Below, piece by piece: positions 1 through 11,118 of a DNA stretch of 64,000 bases. The notes under the pieces are model-generated. The model was given only the letters and a program-made list of their open reading frames with translations. It was not told the origin of the DNA and did no database searches. Source of the DNA: Macrostomum lignano (Eukaryota); contig NIVC01001294.1 of the NCBI GenBank assembly GCA_002269645.1, forward strand, positions 62,001 through 126,000, read 5' to 3'. The translations under genes and the position numbers were made by a program. The first letter of the stretch is position 1. Every line of letters starts with the position of its first letter.

Positions 1-462
1 ACACAATGATCATTTTGCCTATTGTACATAGGATTGACTGTGAAATTTTTCTCATCCAAGAAATGGTGACTTGACTAGCTGGAGCATGCTTCAATGAGTT
101 CAAGAATGCTCTCGCTTACTCATCATATATCCTGCTAAGTTTAGGACAAACTACTCACATTGTTATAAAAAAATTCCACCAGCTCTTTTCACTGCTTGTG
201 ATATTGTTGACTGACTAACACTGTTCTGCTTGGCCACACTGCTTATGGAGGCAGTTAGATTATCCTCAAATTGATCCTTGATAGCATTCAGGTCAAGTTT
301 TGCTGGCCAGCCAAATCTTGCACACTTTTCCAAGCTTTCTCTATCAGAAATCAGTTATTTTACTCACCAGACAATCATAGTTGAACATCCAACAAGCTTG
401 GAGATTTCTTTATTATGCTCTCTGGTGCCAACTAAGAATTCAATCTGTTTTTTCTTAGACAT
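1..462 (-). mobile_element. Degenerate Tc1/mariner transposase, maT/DD37D-like, N-terminal part; runs off the window start
   Basis: Minus strand from ATG 462 reads MSKKKQIEFLVGTREHNKEISKLVGCSTMIVW*VK*LISDRESLEKCARFGWPAKLDLNAIKDQFEDNLTASISSVAKQNSVSQSTISQAVKRAGG, a paired HTH pattern. After a frameshift it reads FLDEKNFTVNPMYNRQNDH, matching the FSDEKxFTV...NxQNDR first-Asp motif. Four in-frame stops. Confidence 0.75.
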
Positions 463-1488
463 TTCATAAAGCTGGAAGTGAATTGAGTCAAGAGTGGTAT
501 CAATTGAGAGCTTATATGGCATTCTTTAGGCAATGTCAGATTCTAATAGTTCTGAGAAATACCCTTCATATTAACAAACATTTTCTAACATTATATTTTT
601 TGCATAGCCTGGTATATATAATCCTTTCTTAGGTGCCACTGCAATGTAGTTGGGGTAGATATCTTGTGCACCTAAGCCACTTGCTGCAATAGAGTAAGCC
701 ATAGTCCCAAGTATTCACCATGCATATGAGATTTCTTTGCTCTATACATTGAATGCAGGCCATAGTTTGAATCATATATTAGTGTATGTCAGGTTTAATG
801 CCAGAAAAATGATGAGACCTCATTTGTATACCAGGTTTGTGTACCAATACAAAAATATCTCATTTGACACAATGTATCCACTATGTCATATACGCCAGGA
901 TATCATATGCTAAAAATGGTAAGACCCTTGTTGTATACGAGGAAATCCCGGTATATATTTTGCCTTCTAAACTATGGCACATGGGAAGGTTGGATCAAAT
1001 CCAATGAGTGTGCATTTTAGTAATAACACATTATCTATATGTCTTACAGTTTAAAAACAATACTCACTTCAAAAATAACAACTAACACATCATGTTTTAA
1101 ACTATTAAAAATTTTCTATGTGGCATAGCTAGGCCTACTGCAAAGCTCTGACTATGGTGCCATGCATTTTTACCTTTTTATATGTAGTGCTATTGCGTAA
1201 GCATGCCAAAAAATGTTGCAAACTCCTTGATGCACACAATGCATGCAGTATTAGACTGCTTAGGACCTTGTTGCATGTGAGAATTTCTACTAAAAACAGT
1301 ATCTTTAGGAGTATAGAGAGTAAAAAGGTAGTGCTTATCCTTTAGTAGGAATAATTTCTTTTTTATTCTTATAGTACTATGGTAATATAGTAGTCTGCCA
1401 TATTAGTGTGCCATGTAGATAAGCAAAAATTATTCCCTTAGTACTGTATAAATAAGACAAAATTTATTCTTATAATATAATACTAAAA

Positions 1489-1561
1489 GGGGGCCGTAGC
1501 CCAGCAGTCTAGCACAGGCTCTGGTGTGCCAGCAACCTAGGCTTGATTCCAAGTGCAGTCA
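1489..1561 (+). mobile_element. tRNA-derived SINE head or tRNA pseudogene, CpG-eroded
   Basis: A-box-like TAGCCCAGCAG at 1497-1507 and B-box-like GGCTTGATTCC at 1540-1550, at tRNA spacing. Restoring TG/CA to CG gives AGCGG and GGCTCGATTCC. Confidence 0.5.
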
Positions 1562-4429
1562 CATTAATTTGGGGCTGAATTGGAATCTTGGCTTGGCTCT
1601 GCTCGTGCAATTAATGGCCTTGAGAGCACCCCCCAAGGCATAGTAAAGTGTATATGCCTAACGATAAAATAAAGGTAGGGCTGCTATATATTCCTGTATG
1701 AGTGTGTGCCTGCGTATGTATCCGCGCACTTGTATGCCTGCTCAGGGGAGTTGGCGGAATGGGCAGCAATGCCTCTTGCTAGTTATATGTTGATGTTGCT
1801 TAAAGTGTGCCATGGTACATACAACCCCTTGCCTCTAATAAAAAATAATACTAAAGGAGATAAGCACTGCAATTAAAGAAGAATAAACTATAAACTAGAT
1901 CAATAATAATTAAATAGTACTTGTCAGTCAAAGTAAAAAAAACAATTAGCAAAGTGGATAATAGTATACTTACTAAAAGAAGAGTCTTAAAGTTGAACCC
2001 TATTATGTGAATAGAGGTAATACCATAGTAGAAAATCCTCAATAGGCCTATGGGCTGTCACTTATATATATTGCAAAAATTTCATTTGACATAGGCCTAG
2101 ATACCTAATTCTATAGTACAAGTATAGGTAACTATTGTGTCCTGATTTAATATTTAAGTACTTTTGTTTCTGAGACAATATATAAACTATAAATAAACTT
2201 ATATCTATAAACTGAACCTTGTTGCAATAATTTGCAATAAAGACTGAGACCTAGTCCCGGCATCAACACTCAAGACATGGCTAAGCTGAGCTATGCTCAC
2301 TAATAAAAATGATTGTTTATCTATTATGATATAACAGTAACCTTGCAAAGGCCTGCAGATTGAGTACAATTATGGCAAAAAAAGCAAACCCAGAATAGAA
2401 TCCTTTAACCACAGCATACATGGGCACAATCTAGGGAATCACCTAGCCATTTCTATTTGCAACACACATAGGTAAGTTATTATTAGGCAGAATAGTAGTC
2501 ATATGACTACTCTTAGCCAATAGTTTACATATGTATATTGCCAAAAGAAATGGCCAGGGGATTCCCAAGGTTGCACATGTATGAACCACAGACAAGATCA
2601 TTGACATCTTGAGTTTTTTCATCAAAATTGTTATGCCATTTTTAATTTCAATAAGCCATTAGCATAAAATGTAAAATACACTTGTAAGTCATACAACTAT
2701 CACAACAAACAAGGTAATATTTGAACAAATTTCAAAGCAAAACTGAAAATTTGAATTGGGGATTCAGTATTGGCAATTTGGCAATGGCATAATGGCAAAA
2801 AATGGTTATACCATTTTGGCATAATGGTATCAAAATCATTATGCCACTTTTAATTTCGACATGTCATGGCATACATGACACAAAAAACCCAGATATAAAT
2901 AGCCAGTGCCAACAGTATCCCATTGATTTCTTAAACTCTGAAGCAGGGGTTGGCAAACTCCACCTACAAAGCATTTGATATATAATTATAGCATATATAC
3001 AATACAAGGGGTCTTTACTCTCTACTACATTTGGTATATGATCATGATACATGCAAGGCCAAAGGAAGGGTCTTGAATGCAATTGGCAACTAATCATGGT
3101 TATTTTGATTAAAGTCTTAAATGTATATGACATATTTTTTATTTTCAAATGTTTTATTTCTATATATATTTTACAAGCTATAATATATTACATTATAATA
3201 AATTGAATTTTCCATTTAAAGAGGCACTATTTTGGTAAAGGTTCATATTAAAAAGTAATAAAGTAATTTTATTAAATTAAAATAGTATTAAAAGTAAATA
3301 TAAAAGCTTAAAAAGTGTATAGACAAAACCAAAGAAATAGTATGATAGGGTCCATTATCTTAGCAGTAGTTATTTATCTATTATTATTAAGGCAGTGGAT
3401 ATTTCCAATAACATTTTGGCTAATAGAGGTTCTAGTGCAATGTTATTTACAGTTATGTTTGCCTCTTATAAAATTAAAGAGGCAAAATAAATAGAGCAAA
3501 ATAGCAAAATAGCAAAATAGAGGCAATTTTATCTACTAAAATTAAAAATCTAGTAGATAATAGTTTGATATGATTGTACAAATCTCCATTGTTACTCATG
3601 CAAATAGGCATTGATTTCCTTTGCTATCATTATGCATACTATGTCTTTATTCATAATGATAATAACACATTGATTGGCAACATCACTAGAAATTGTTGTA
3701 GATACTTAAGGGTAATAAAGAAGAATGTTATATAGATTCTCAAATGAAGGAAAATGACTTCAAAACTGTCTATTTAATTGACATAGATATAATATAGCTA
3801 AGATAACAACTAGAATCAGTTTAAAAAGCCCTATATGCAAAAAATATGCAATTGATAAAGCTTTTTGATCATCCCTTATACTCATTTAGCCATTTATCTA
3901 GCAAATTTGGCATATATTAGTGAATTTATATTCAGGTATGTTATTTTAGTAAAGTAGGTAGTTTTCAATATTATTCTACTGTAATTTAAATTGGGATACA
4001 AATTGCATTATTTTAATTTCAATTCCCAAAGTCTATGTTTAGCTCATATTTTAGCAAAAATGCTTGTCCTATTGCCTTATTTTTTTAGTTTTTTTAAGAG
4101 CATGTTTTCTTTTTGTATTATTATTACTATATAGATTTAGATAAAGCTTCAAGAAAATCATTTCAAGTCAAATCTCCAGACATAAGTTTTAAAATCACTA
4201 ATATAATGAAAAATAATAGCACCACTAATAAAGGTGTCAATAAATCAAGTTTAAATTGGAATTGTTTGAATGTTTACTTTATCACTAATCTGCAGTGTAA
4301 CTTTAAGGTACTTACATATTAATAAAATATAATTCAATATTGTTGATATAACTATTATCTGTCACCTTAAGCCGACCGCCGCGGCAGCAACAGCAGAAGC
4401 AGAAGACAACAGTGCTGCAGCGCAGTAGC

Positions 4430-7400
4430 ATGAATCGCTACCAGACCCTCAAGCAGCTGGGCGATGGCACCTACGGCTCTGTGCTGCTCGGCACCCTCAC
4501 CGAGACCAGCGAGAAGGTGGCCATCAAAAAGATGAAGAAGAAGTTCTACAACTGGGACGAGTGCCTGAATCTTCGCGAAGTGAAGTCCCTTCGCCGGCTG
4601 AACCACCCCAACATTGTCCGCCTCAAGGAGGTGGTCCGCGAGAACGACTACCTGTACCTGATATTCGAGTACATGCAGGAGAATCTGTACGAGGTGATGA
4701 AGAAGCGGACCAAGCTGTTCCCAGAGGAGGTGGTGCGCAACATCGTCTGGCAGTGCACGGACGGCCTGGCCTACATGCACCGGATGGGCTTCTTCCACCG
4801 CGACTTGAAGCCGGAGAACATCCTGTGCAATCCGGACCATCACATCAAGCTGGCGGACTTCGGCCTGGCCAGGGAGATCCGGTCCAAGCCGCCCTACACT
4901 GACTATGTGGCCACCCGCTGGTACCGCGCGCCGGAGATCCTGCTCCGCTCCACCTCCTACAACTCGCCTATTGACGTGTTCGCCATGGGCTGCATCATGG
5001 CTGAGCTGTACACCTTCAGGCCTCTGTTCCCCGGCAGCTCGGAGATCGACATGATCTTCAAGATCTGCTCGGTGCTCGGGACGCCTCGCAACGACGATTG
5101 GCCTGAAGGCTTCCAACTGGCGGCCGCTATGAACTTCAAATTCCCGCAGTGCATCGCCACGCAGCTGTCCTCGCTGATTCCCAACGCGTCAACCGACGGC
5201 ATCGCCATCATGCTGGACATGCTGGCCTGGAACCCCAAGCACCGGCCCAATGCCAAGGACGCGCTGAAGCATGCCTACTTTGCGGCCAGCAGTCAGCGGC
5301 TGCAGCCCAATGCCGCTAGCGCCAGGAGACAGCCGTTTAATAATAGGAGCAATGGACAGGTAAATAGGAGCTTATCGCCTGGTTTAACTTGATTTTCTAA
5401 ACATATCGGCAGTTCATTCTAATTCAATGTAGTAATAATTTTTACTTTTTGAGATGTTTCAGACACTGCTTATTTTAAAGATGGGTTTTGGGATTAACGT
5501 TCCGGGAGTTCTTAGGGATGGGAGTTAAAAATCCAAATCTTAGTGATAAGAATTTAAAGCCCAATTTTAGGGATGGGAATTTAAGATCCCAATCTGAGGG
5601 ATGGGAATTTGAGATCCCAATCTGAGGGACGGGAATTTGAGATCCCAATCTGAGGGATGGGAGTTTAAGATCCCATTCTGAGGGATGGGAATTTGAGATC
5701 CCATTTTGAGGGATGGGAATTTGAGATCCCAGTCTGAGGGATGGGAGTTTAAGATCCCATTCTGAGGGATGGGAATTTGAGATCCCAGTCTGAGGGATGG
5801 GAATTTGAGATCCCAGTCTGAGGGATGGGAATTTGAGATCCCAATCTGAGGGATGATAGTTTGCGATCTCAATCTGAGGGATGGGAATTCGGGATCCCAA
5901 TCTGAGGGATGGGATTTGAGATCCCAATCTGAGGGATGGGACTTTGAGATCCCAATCTGAGGGATGGGAATTTGAGATCCCAATCTGAGGGATGGGAATT
6001 TGAGATCCCAATCTGAGGGATGGGAGTTTAAGATCCCAATCTGAGAGATGGGAATTTGAGATCCCAATCTGAGGGATGGGAATTTGAGATCCCAGTCTGA
6101 GGGATGGGAATTTGAGATCCCAATCTGAGAGATGATAGTTTGCGATCTCAATCTGAGGGATGGAATTCGGGATCCCAATCTGAGGGATGGGACTTTGAGA
6201 TCCCAATCTGAGGGATGGGAATTTGAGATCCCAATCTGAGGGATGGGACTTTGAGATCCCAATCTGAGGGATGGGACTTTGAGATCCCAATCTGAGGGAT
6301 GGGAATTTGAGATCCCAATCTGAGGGATAGGAATTTGAGATCCCAATCTGAGGGATGGGAATTTGAGATCCCAATCTGAGAAACGGGAATTTGAGATCCC
6401 AATCTGAGGGATGGGAGTTTAAGATCCCATTCTGAGGGATGGGAATTTGAGATCCCAGTCTGAGGGATGGGAATTTGAGATCCCAGTCTGAGGGATGGGA
6501 TTTTAAGATCCCATTCTGAGGGATGGGAATTTGAGATCCCATTTTGAGGGATGGGAATTTGAGATCCCAATCTGAGGGATGGGAATTTGAGATCCCAATC
6601 TGAGGGATGATAGTTTGCGATCTCAATGTCAGAGATCATTGAACCCTGCGTTTGTTAAGTCTGTGGATATGCTTTTAATTAAGCTAGTAGTCTATCTACC
6701 TGTACTGCAACTTTCAGGTACCGATCGCTGAAGTGTCGCCCCTGCAGCAGCAACAGCAGCAGCAGCTGGTGCAGCAGCGCCAGGAATCCGTGACCGTCCC
6801 CGTGCCGGGCGCCAAGTCTAGCCGGAACCGCTGGGCCGGCGGCGGCCAAGGCCCGGACGCCAAGGACAGCTTCGACCAGCTCATGGACGACTTCGATCTG
6901 AGCTACAGCAGCAAGCCGAAGATGGCCAGGCAGCACCAGCAGCCGCTGCCCGGGCTGTCCCGGCCGCAGCAGCCAGCTGCCAAGGCGTTCCCGGCTCCGC
7001 CCGCCGCTAACCGGCAGGGCGCCACCGACAGCTGGATGGACGCCGACGAGGATTTCAGCAGCTTCTTGGGTCGGCCAGCGCAGCCGCCGCAGCAGCAGCA
7101 GCCGGCAAGGGGGCACCAGGCCTCGTATCTTGGCGGCGGCAACCGCGCCTACGGAGGCAACTCCGGCATTGGCGGCGCCAATCGGCGAGAGAGCATCGAT
7201 ATTGACGACATCCTGGGCTCGAATCTGCTAGGCGGACCGACCAGCGGCAAACGGGTACAGCCACAGGTTGGTCTTTGTTGTGCTTGGATGGAGAGTTTGC
7301 TACTGCTGTCCTAGATTATTTCATCTTTGTTGGGGTAGCCATCCTCCCAGAGCCACAGTTCCAGTTGCCAAGATCCTCAGTTGCTGAGCCGCCACTTTCC

Positions 7401-8448
7401 CAAATCGCGGTGCCACTTGCAATCCTCCCACCTCCCCTAAACCGCATCCCCAAACCGTATCTTCAAATCTTCTAAACCGCATCTCCAAATCTTCAAACCG
7501 CATCCCCAAATCCCCAAACCGCACCCCAAATCCCCCAAACTTCATCCCCAAATCCCCTAAACCGCATCCCCAAATCCCTAAACCGTATCCCCAAATCCTC
7601 TAAACCGCATCCCCAAATCCCCTAAACCGCATCCCCAAATCCCCTAAACCGCATCCTTAAATCCCTAAACCGTATCCCCAAATCCTCTAAACCGCATTCC
7701 CAAATCCTCAAACCGTATTCCCAAATCCCCTAAACCGCATCCCCAAATCCTCTAAACCGCATTCCCAAATCCTCAAACCGCATTCCCAAATCCCTAAACC
7801 GTATCCCCAAATCCTCTAAACCGCATTCCCAAATCCTCTAAACCGCATTCCTAAATCCTCAAACCGCATCCCCAAATCCTCTAAACCGCACCCCAAATCC
7901 CCCAAACTGCATCCTCAAATCCCTAAACCGCATCCCCAAATCCCCTAAACTGCATCCTCAAATCCCCAAACTGCATCCCCAAATCCTTCAGCGCAAATCC
8001 GCTCCCCCATTTGCAGATGTCCGGCAAGCCGGCCGGCTCCGACCTGCCCGCCATGGGCGGCCGCCGGGACTCCGGGAAGCAGTCGGCGGGCTCGCTGTAC
8101 AAATCGCGGTCCCGCTACCTGCCCGGCATCAACCCCAAGAGCACCGGCTCCAACGCGGCCGTCGATCCGTTCATCATGGGCGCCGGCAGCTACGGCGCCG
8201 GCTACGGAGCTCAGCAGCAGCAGCAGCCTGGCCGAGGAGGCGGCGGCCTCGGCGCACCCGCGGCAGCTCCGCCTGCGGCTGTCGGGCAGAAGCCTCTGGC
8301 TGGCGGCTACGTTCCGTCGACATTTGCGGGCGGCGGCACCGGTAAAGGCGGCGGCTACGGCGCTGGTGGTCGCGGAGGCGGCGGAGCTGGCGGCGGCGGC
8401 GGCACCAACATGCGAACTGACTGGGCGGCAAAGTACTTGAAGTCCTAA
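4430..8448 (+). CDS. MAK: MAK/ICK (CILK1, DYF-5)-family Ser/Thr kinase
   Basis: Exons 4430-5359, 6718-7266, 8017-8448; GT-AG introns, both phase 0. Starts [15 protein letters not shown]; [18 protein letters not shown] activation motif ([16 protein letters not shown]); ends with the family C-terminal motif RTDWAAKY. Confidence 0.93.
5568..6627. repeat. 28-bp minisatellite in MAK intron 1
   Basis: Unit GGGATGGGAATTTGAGATCCCAATCTGA, about 37 copies; each unit has an internal GGGAT/ATCCC inverted pair. Confidence 0.95.
7420..7985. repeat. About 22-bp C-rich minisatellite in MAK intron 2
   Basis: Unit approximately AAACCGCATCCCCAAATCCCCT, degenerate, ending about 30 nt before the acceptor at 8016. 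Confidence 0.9.
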
Positions 8449-9486
8449 TTGAAATACGCGATCATCAAATGTGTCTGTTTTGCTTATTTTTGATCTTGTT
8501 TGTGCATGTTCTCTGTCTGTTCTGCTGGATGATAGATGGACTGAAAAGTCTGTTTTGAGTTTTTATTTTGGGAGTTCGAGTCCCGGACCTTCAATCTGCG
8601 GCCGCTGATCTCTCAATTTTTATTGTGTTTTGACTTCTGTCTGTCTGTATCGGAGACTATCACTTGTTATTCTTGCAATTTGAGGCTTCTGCTTTAAATA
8701 TATTTATATATAATATTCATTGTTAACTTTAGTGCTGATATATTGTAGCAGAGAGTATATTTATTTTGCCGAATTTCTCAAATACTAATACCTGTCCTTA
8801 TATTACATTGCCTCTAACTTGAAGATTTGAAAGAGCAGAATTTTCCTTATATGTGTTAAGTATGTACTTAGAGCTTCTCTCGGTTACTGATATTTAATTT
8901 ACTCTAAGCGTAAAAGTCGCGTTTTTCTACTACTAGTAAGCCTGTTTGCATTGGCGAGAGTTTTTCTCTAAAGTATATGAATAATTTAGCAAGCTGTCGC
9001 AGCTGATGAGACAAAATGTAAATGCTGCGTGTTTTTCTCTATCTGACTTCACTTCAATGATTGCTGTTGTTGATTTTTTGTCACCAGAATTGTCTGGCAC
9101 AATAGTACCCACCACCAACAAATTTGCACCAATTTGTTAATATTCTTATTTTCCTTTTAACATAGAACAGTTTTTTTCAATATTTGCCTTTTTGCCTCGG
9201 ATATTTTTTCTATATAAATTTTCAATCTATATTATCAAGCTTTAGACGGATACTAAATTAACTGGATCTGTCACTCGCAACAAAACACTCAGCTACTCTT
9301 AGAAGCAAAATCAGCGTATTTAAAAGGTTTTTAACTGCAACAATCGGCTCTGACTTTCTGCAAGCAGACGCGTTAAATTAGCATCTTAATCATGTTTTCC
9401 AGCTGCGCCGAAATCCATTGCGTGTGCATAGCAAGCAAAATAGAAGTCCGAAAAGCAGTTGGGCTTTCCTCTTGCCCGCTTGTATC

Positions 9487-9870
9487 TGACTTTCACGTCT
9501 ATCCTTACTGCTCTCTCATTGGCTGGGCTAGATTGGGCCTGCCCCCCCCCCTAGACTAAATTTCGTCCGTCTGACTTTGGCCTCTCTCCTTACTGCTCTC
9601 TCATTGGCTGGGCTAGATTTGGCCTGCCCCCCCCCCTAGACTAAATTTCGTCCGTCTGACTTTGGCCTCTCTCCTTACTGCTTTCTCATTGGCTGGGCTA
9701 GATTGGGCCTGCCCCCCCCCAGACTGAGTTTCGTCTGTCTGACTTTGGCCTCTCGCCTTACTGCTCTCTCATTGGCTGGGCTAGATTTGGCCTGCCCCCC
9801 CCCTAGACTAAATTTCGTCCGTCTGACTTTGGCCTCTCTCCTTACTGCTCTCTCATTGGCTGAGTTTCGT
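9487..9870. repeat. About 85-bp tandem repeat, about 4.5 copies
   Basis: CTGACTTTGGCCTCTCTCCTTACTGCTCTCTCATTGGCTGGGCTAGATTTGGCCTGCCCCCCCCCTAGACTAAATTTCGTCCGT; copies start at 9571 and 9656. Confidence 0.9.
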
Positions 9871-10559
9871 CTGTCTTGTATTCACTTGAATATATTTTGT
9901 CTAAATTCTTGTTAAGAATTAAGAATCCCCATCTGCTATCAAGGCCACAAACCCCGATTAAGGAAAAGAAATTTTACGTACTAAATCAACTTTAAGTGAC
10001 AATGCGCAGACAAGCTACTGAAAAAAGTAGACGACAACTTCAACTGCGAGTGGCATATCTAGGCATTCTGGAATCTGTGATGAATTCTAACTATTCAAAA
10101 TATAATCCGTCCATACCTGTCCCGCCTCTGTACATTCCCGCCGACCGAATTGGGTCAAACGAGTTTTACACCTTTTTTTTTATTGCAGATAAATTTCATT
10201 CCTTAATTATTCGGTTGTCCAAATCCGCAGCAACTGCATACCGATCCCTAAGTTCAGGTGTGACACCGGAAGCTGTTATCACCTTTCCTCTGCTCTGACT
10301 TTCTACTCCGTTAAGTTAATTGTTTCGTTTTTTGAATAAAGAAAAATTTATTGCATAATTCAAATGCGCGTTTGGGCGAAACTTTTCCTAATGACGAATA
10401 TTATATTTAACTAATAAATAAATTTGCGGCAGATACTACTGAAGAGGCTCTTTTTGAGTAGATACAGATTTTTCTATGTTCTTACTCTTTCATAGTAATT
10501 ATGTTATTGCACTGTCATGCTATGTAGAGTAGATAAAATATCCTCAATAATATATGAGA

Positions 10560-11000
10560 TTATCAGGCAAATAATAGAGATTATCTGGCTGAGATAGGAG
10601 ATTATCAGTCTGAGATAGAGATTCATAGGCTGAAAAGGAAGATTATCAGTCTGAGATGAGAGATTATTAGGCTGAGAAAGGAGATTATGAGGCTGAAATG
10701 GGAGAATATCAGTTCGAGATAAGAGATTATCAGTATGGGATTAAAGATAATGAGGCTGAGATAGGAGATCATCAGGTTGAGATGGGAGAAAATTAGTCTG
10801 AGATAGGAGATTATCAGTCCGAGATGGGAGAATATCAGTCCGAGATGGGAGAATATCAGTCTGGGATGGGAGAATATCAGTCTGGGATGGGAGATAATCA
10901 GGCTGAAATTGGAGATTATTAGGCTGAAAAGGGAGATTACCAGGCTGATAATCTGAGATGGGAGATTCTCAGCTTGAAATATGAAGATTATCGAACCGAG
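10560..11000. repeat. Degenerate 21-bp repeat upstream of the first GTF2F1 coding exon
   Basis: GAGATTATCAGGCTGAGATAG-like units, seen as 7-aa periodicity in ORF 10623..11051. Confidence 0.75.
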
Positions 11001-11118
11001 ATGCTTGGAATTCCGATTAGGAACTGAAATGGGAGTCTTAAATGCAGGCATAGGAAAATTTCCTGGAATGCCACTAAATGCGGTGTACTAATGCTGTTGG
11101 CAACAATTCCGATTGCAG

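Noticed and set aside
2864-3148. Faint resemblance to a Crypton/DUF3504 tyrosine-recombinase segment
   Set aside because: Too eroded to support; needs a profile search after restoring CpGs.
4367-5256. Antisense and alternative-frame ORFs over MAK, and similar ones over GTF2F1, B4GALT and TMEM132
   Set aside because: Expected shadows of GC3-rich coding sequence; no recognisable domains.
5475-6639. Repeat ORFs of 383, 259 and 163 aa
   Set aside because: The 28-aa periodicity equals three 28-bp units; intronic; no ATG or domain.
9487-9870. Possible hammerhead or retrozyme monomers (GGACGAAA on the minus strand)
   Set aside because: No CTGATGA core and no stem II pairing.
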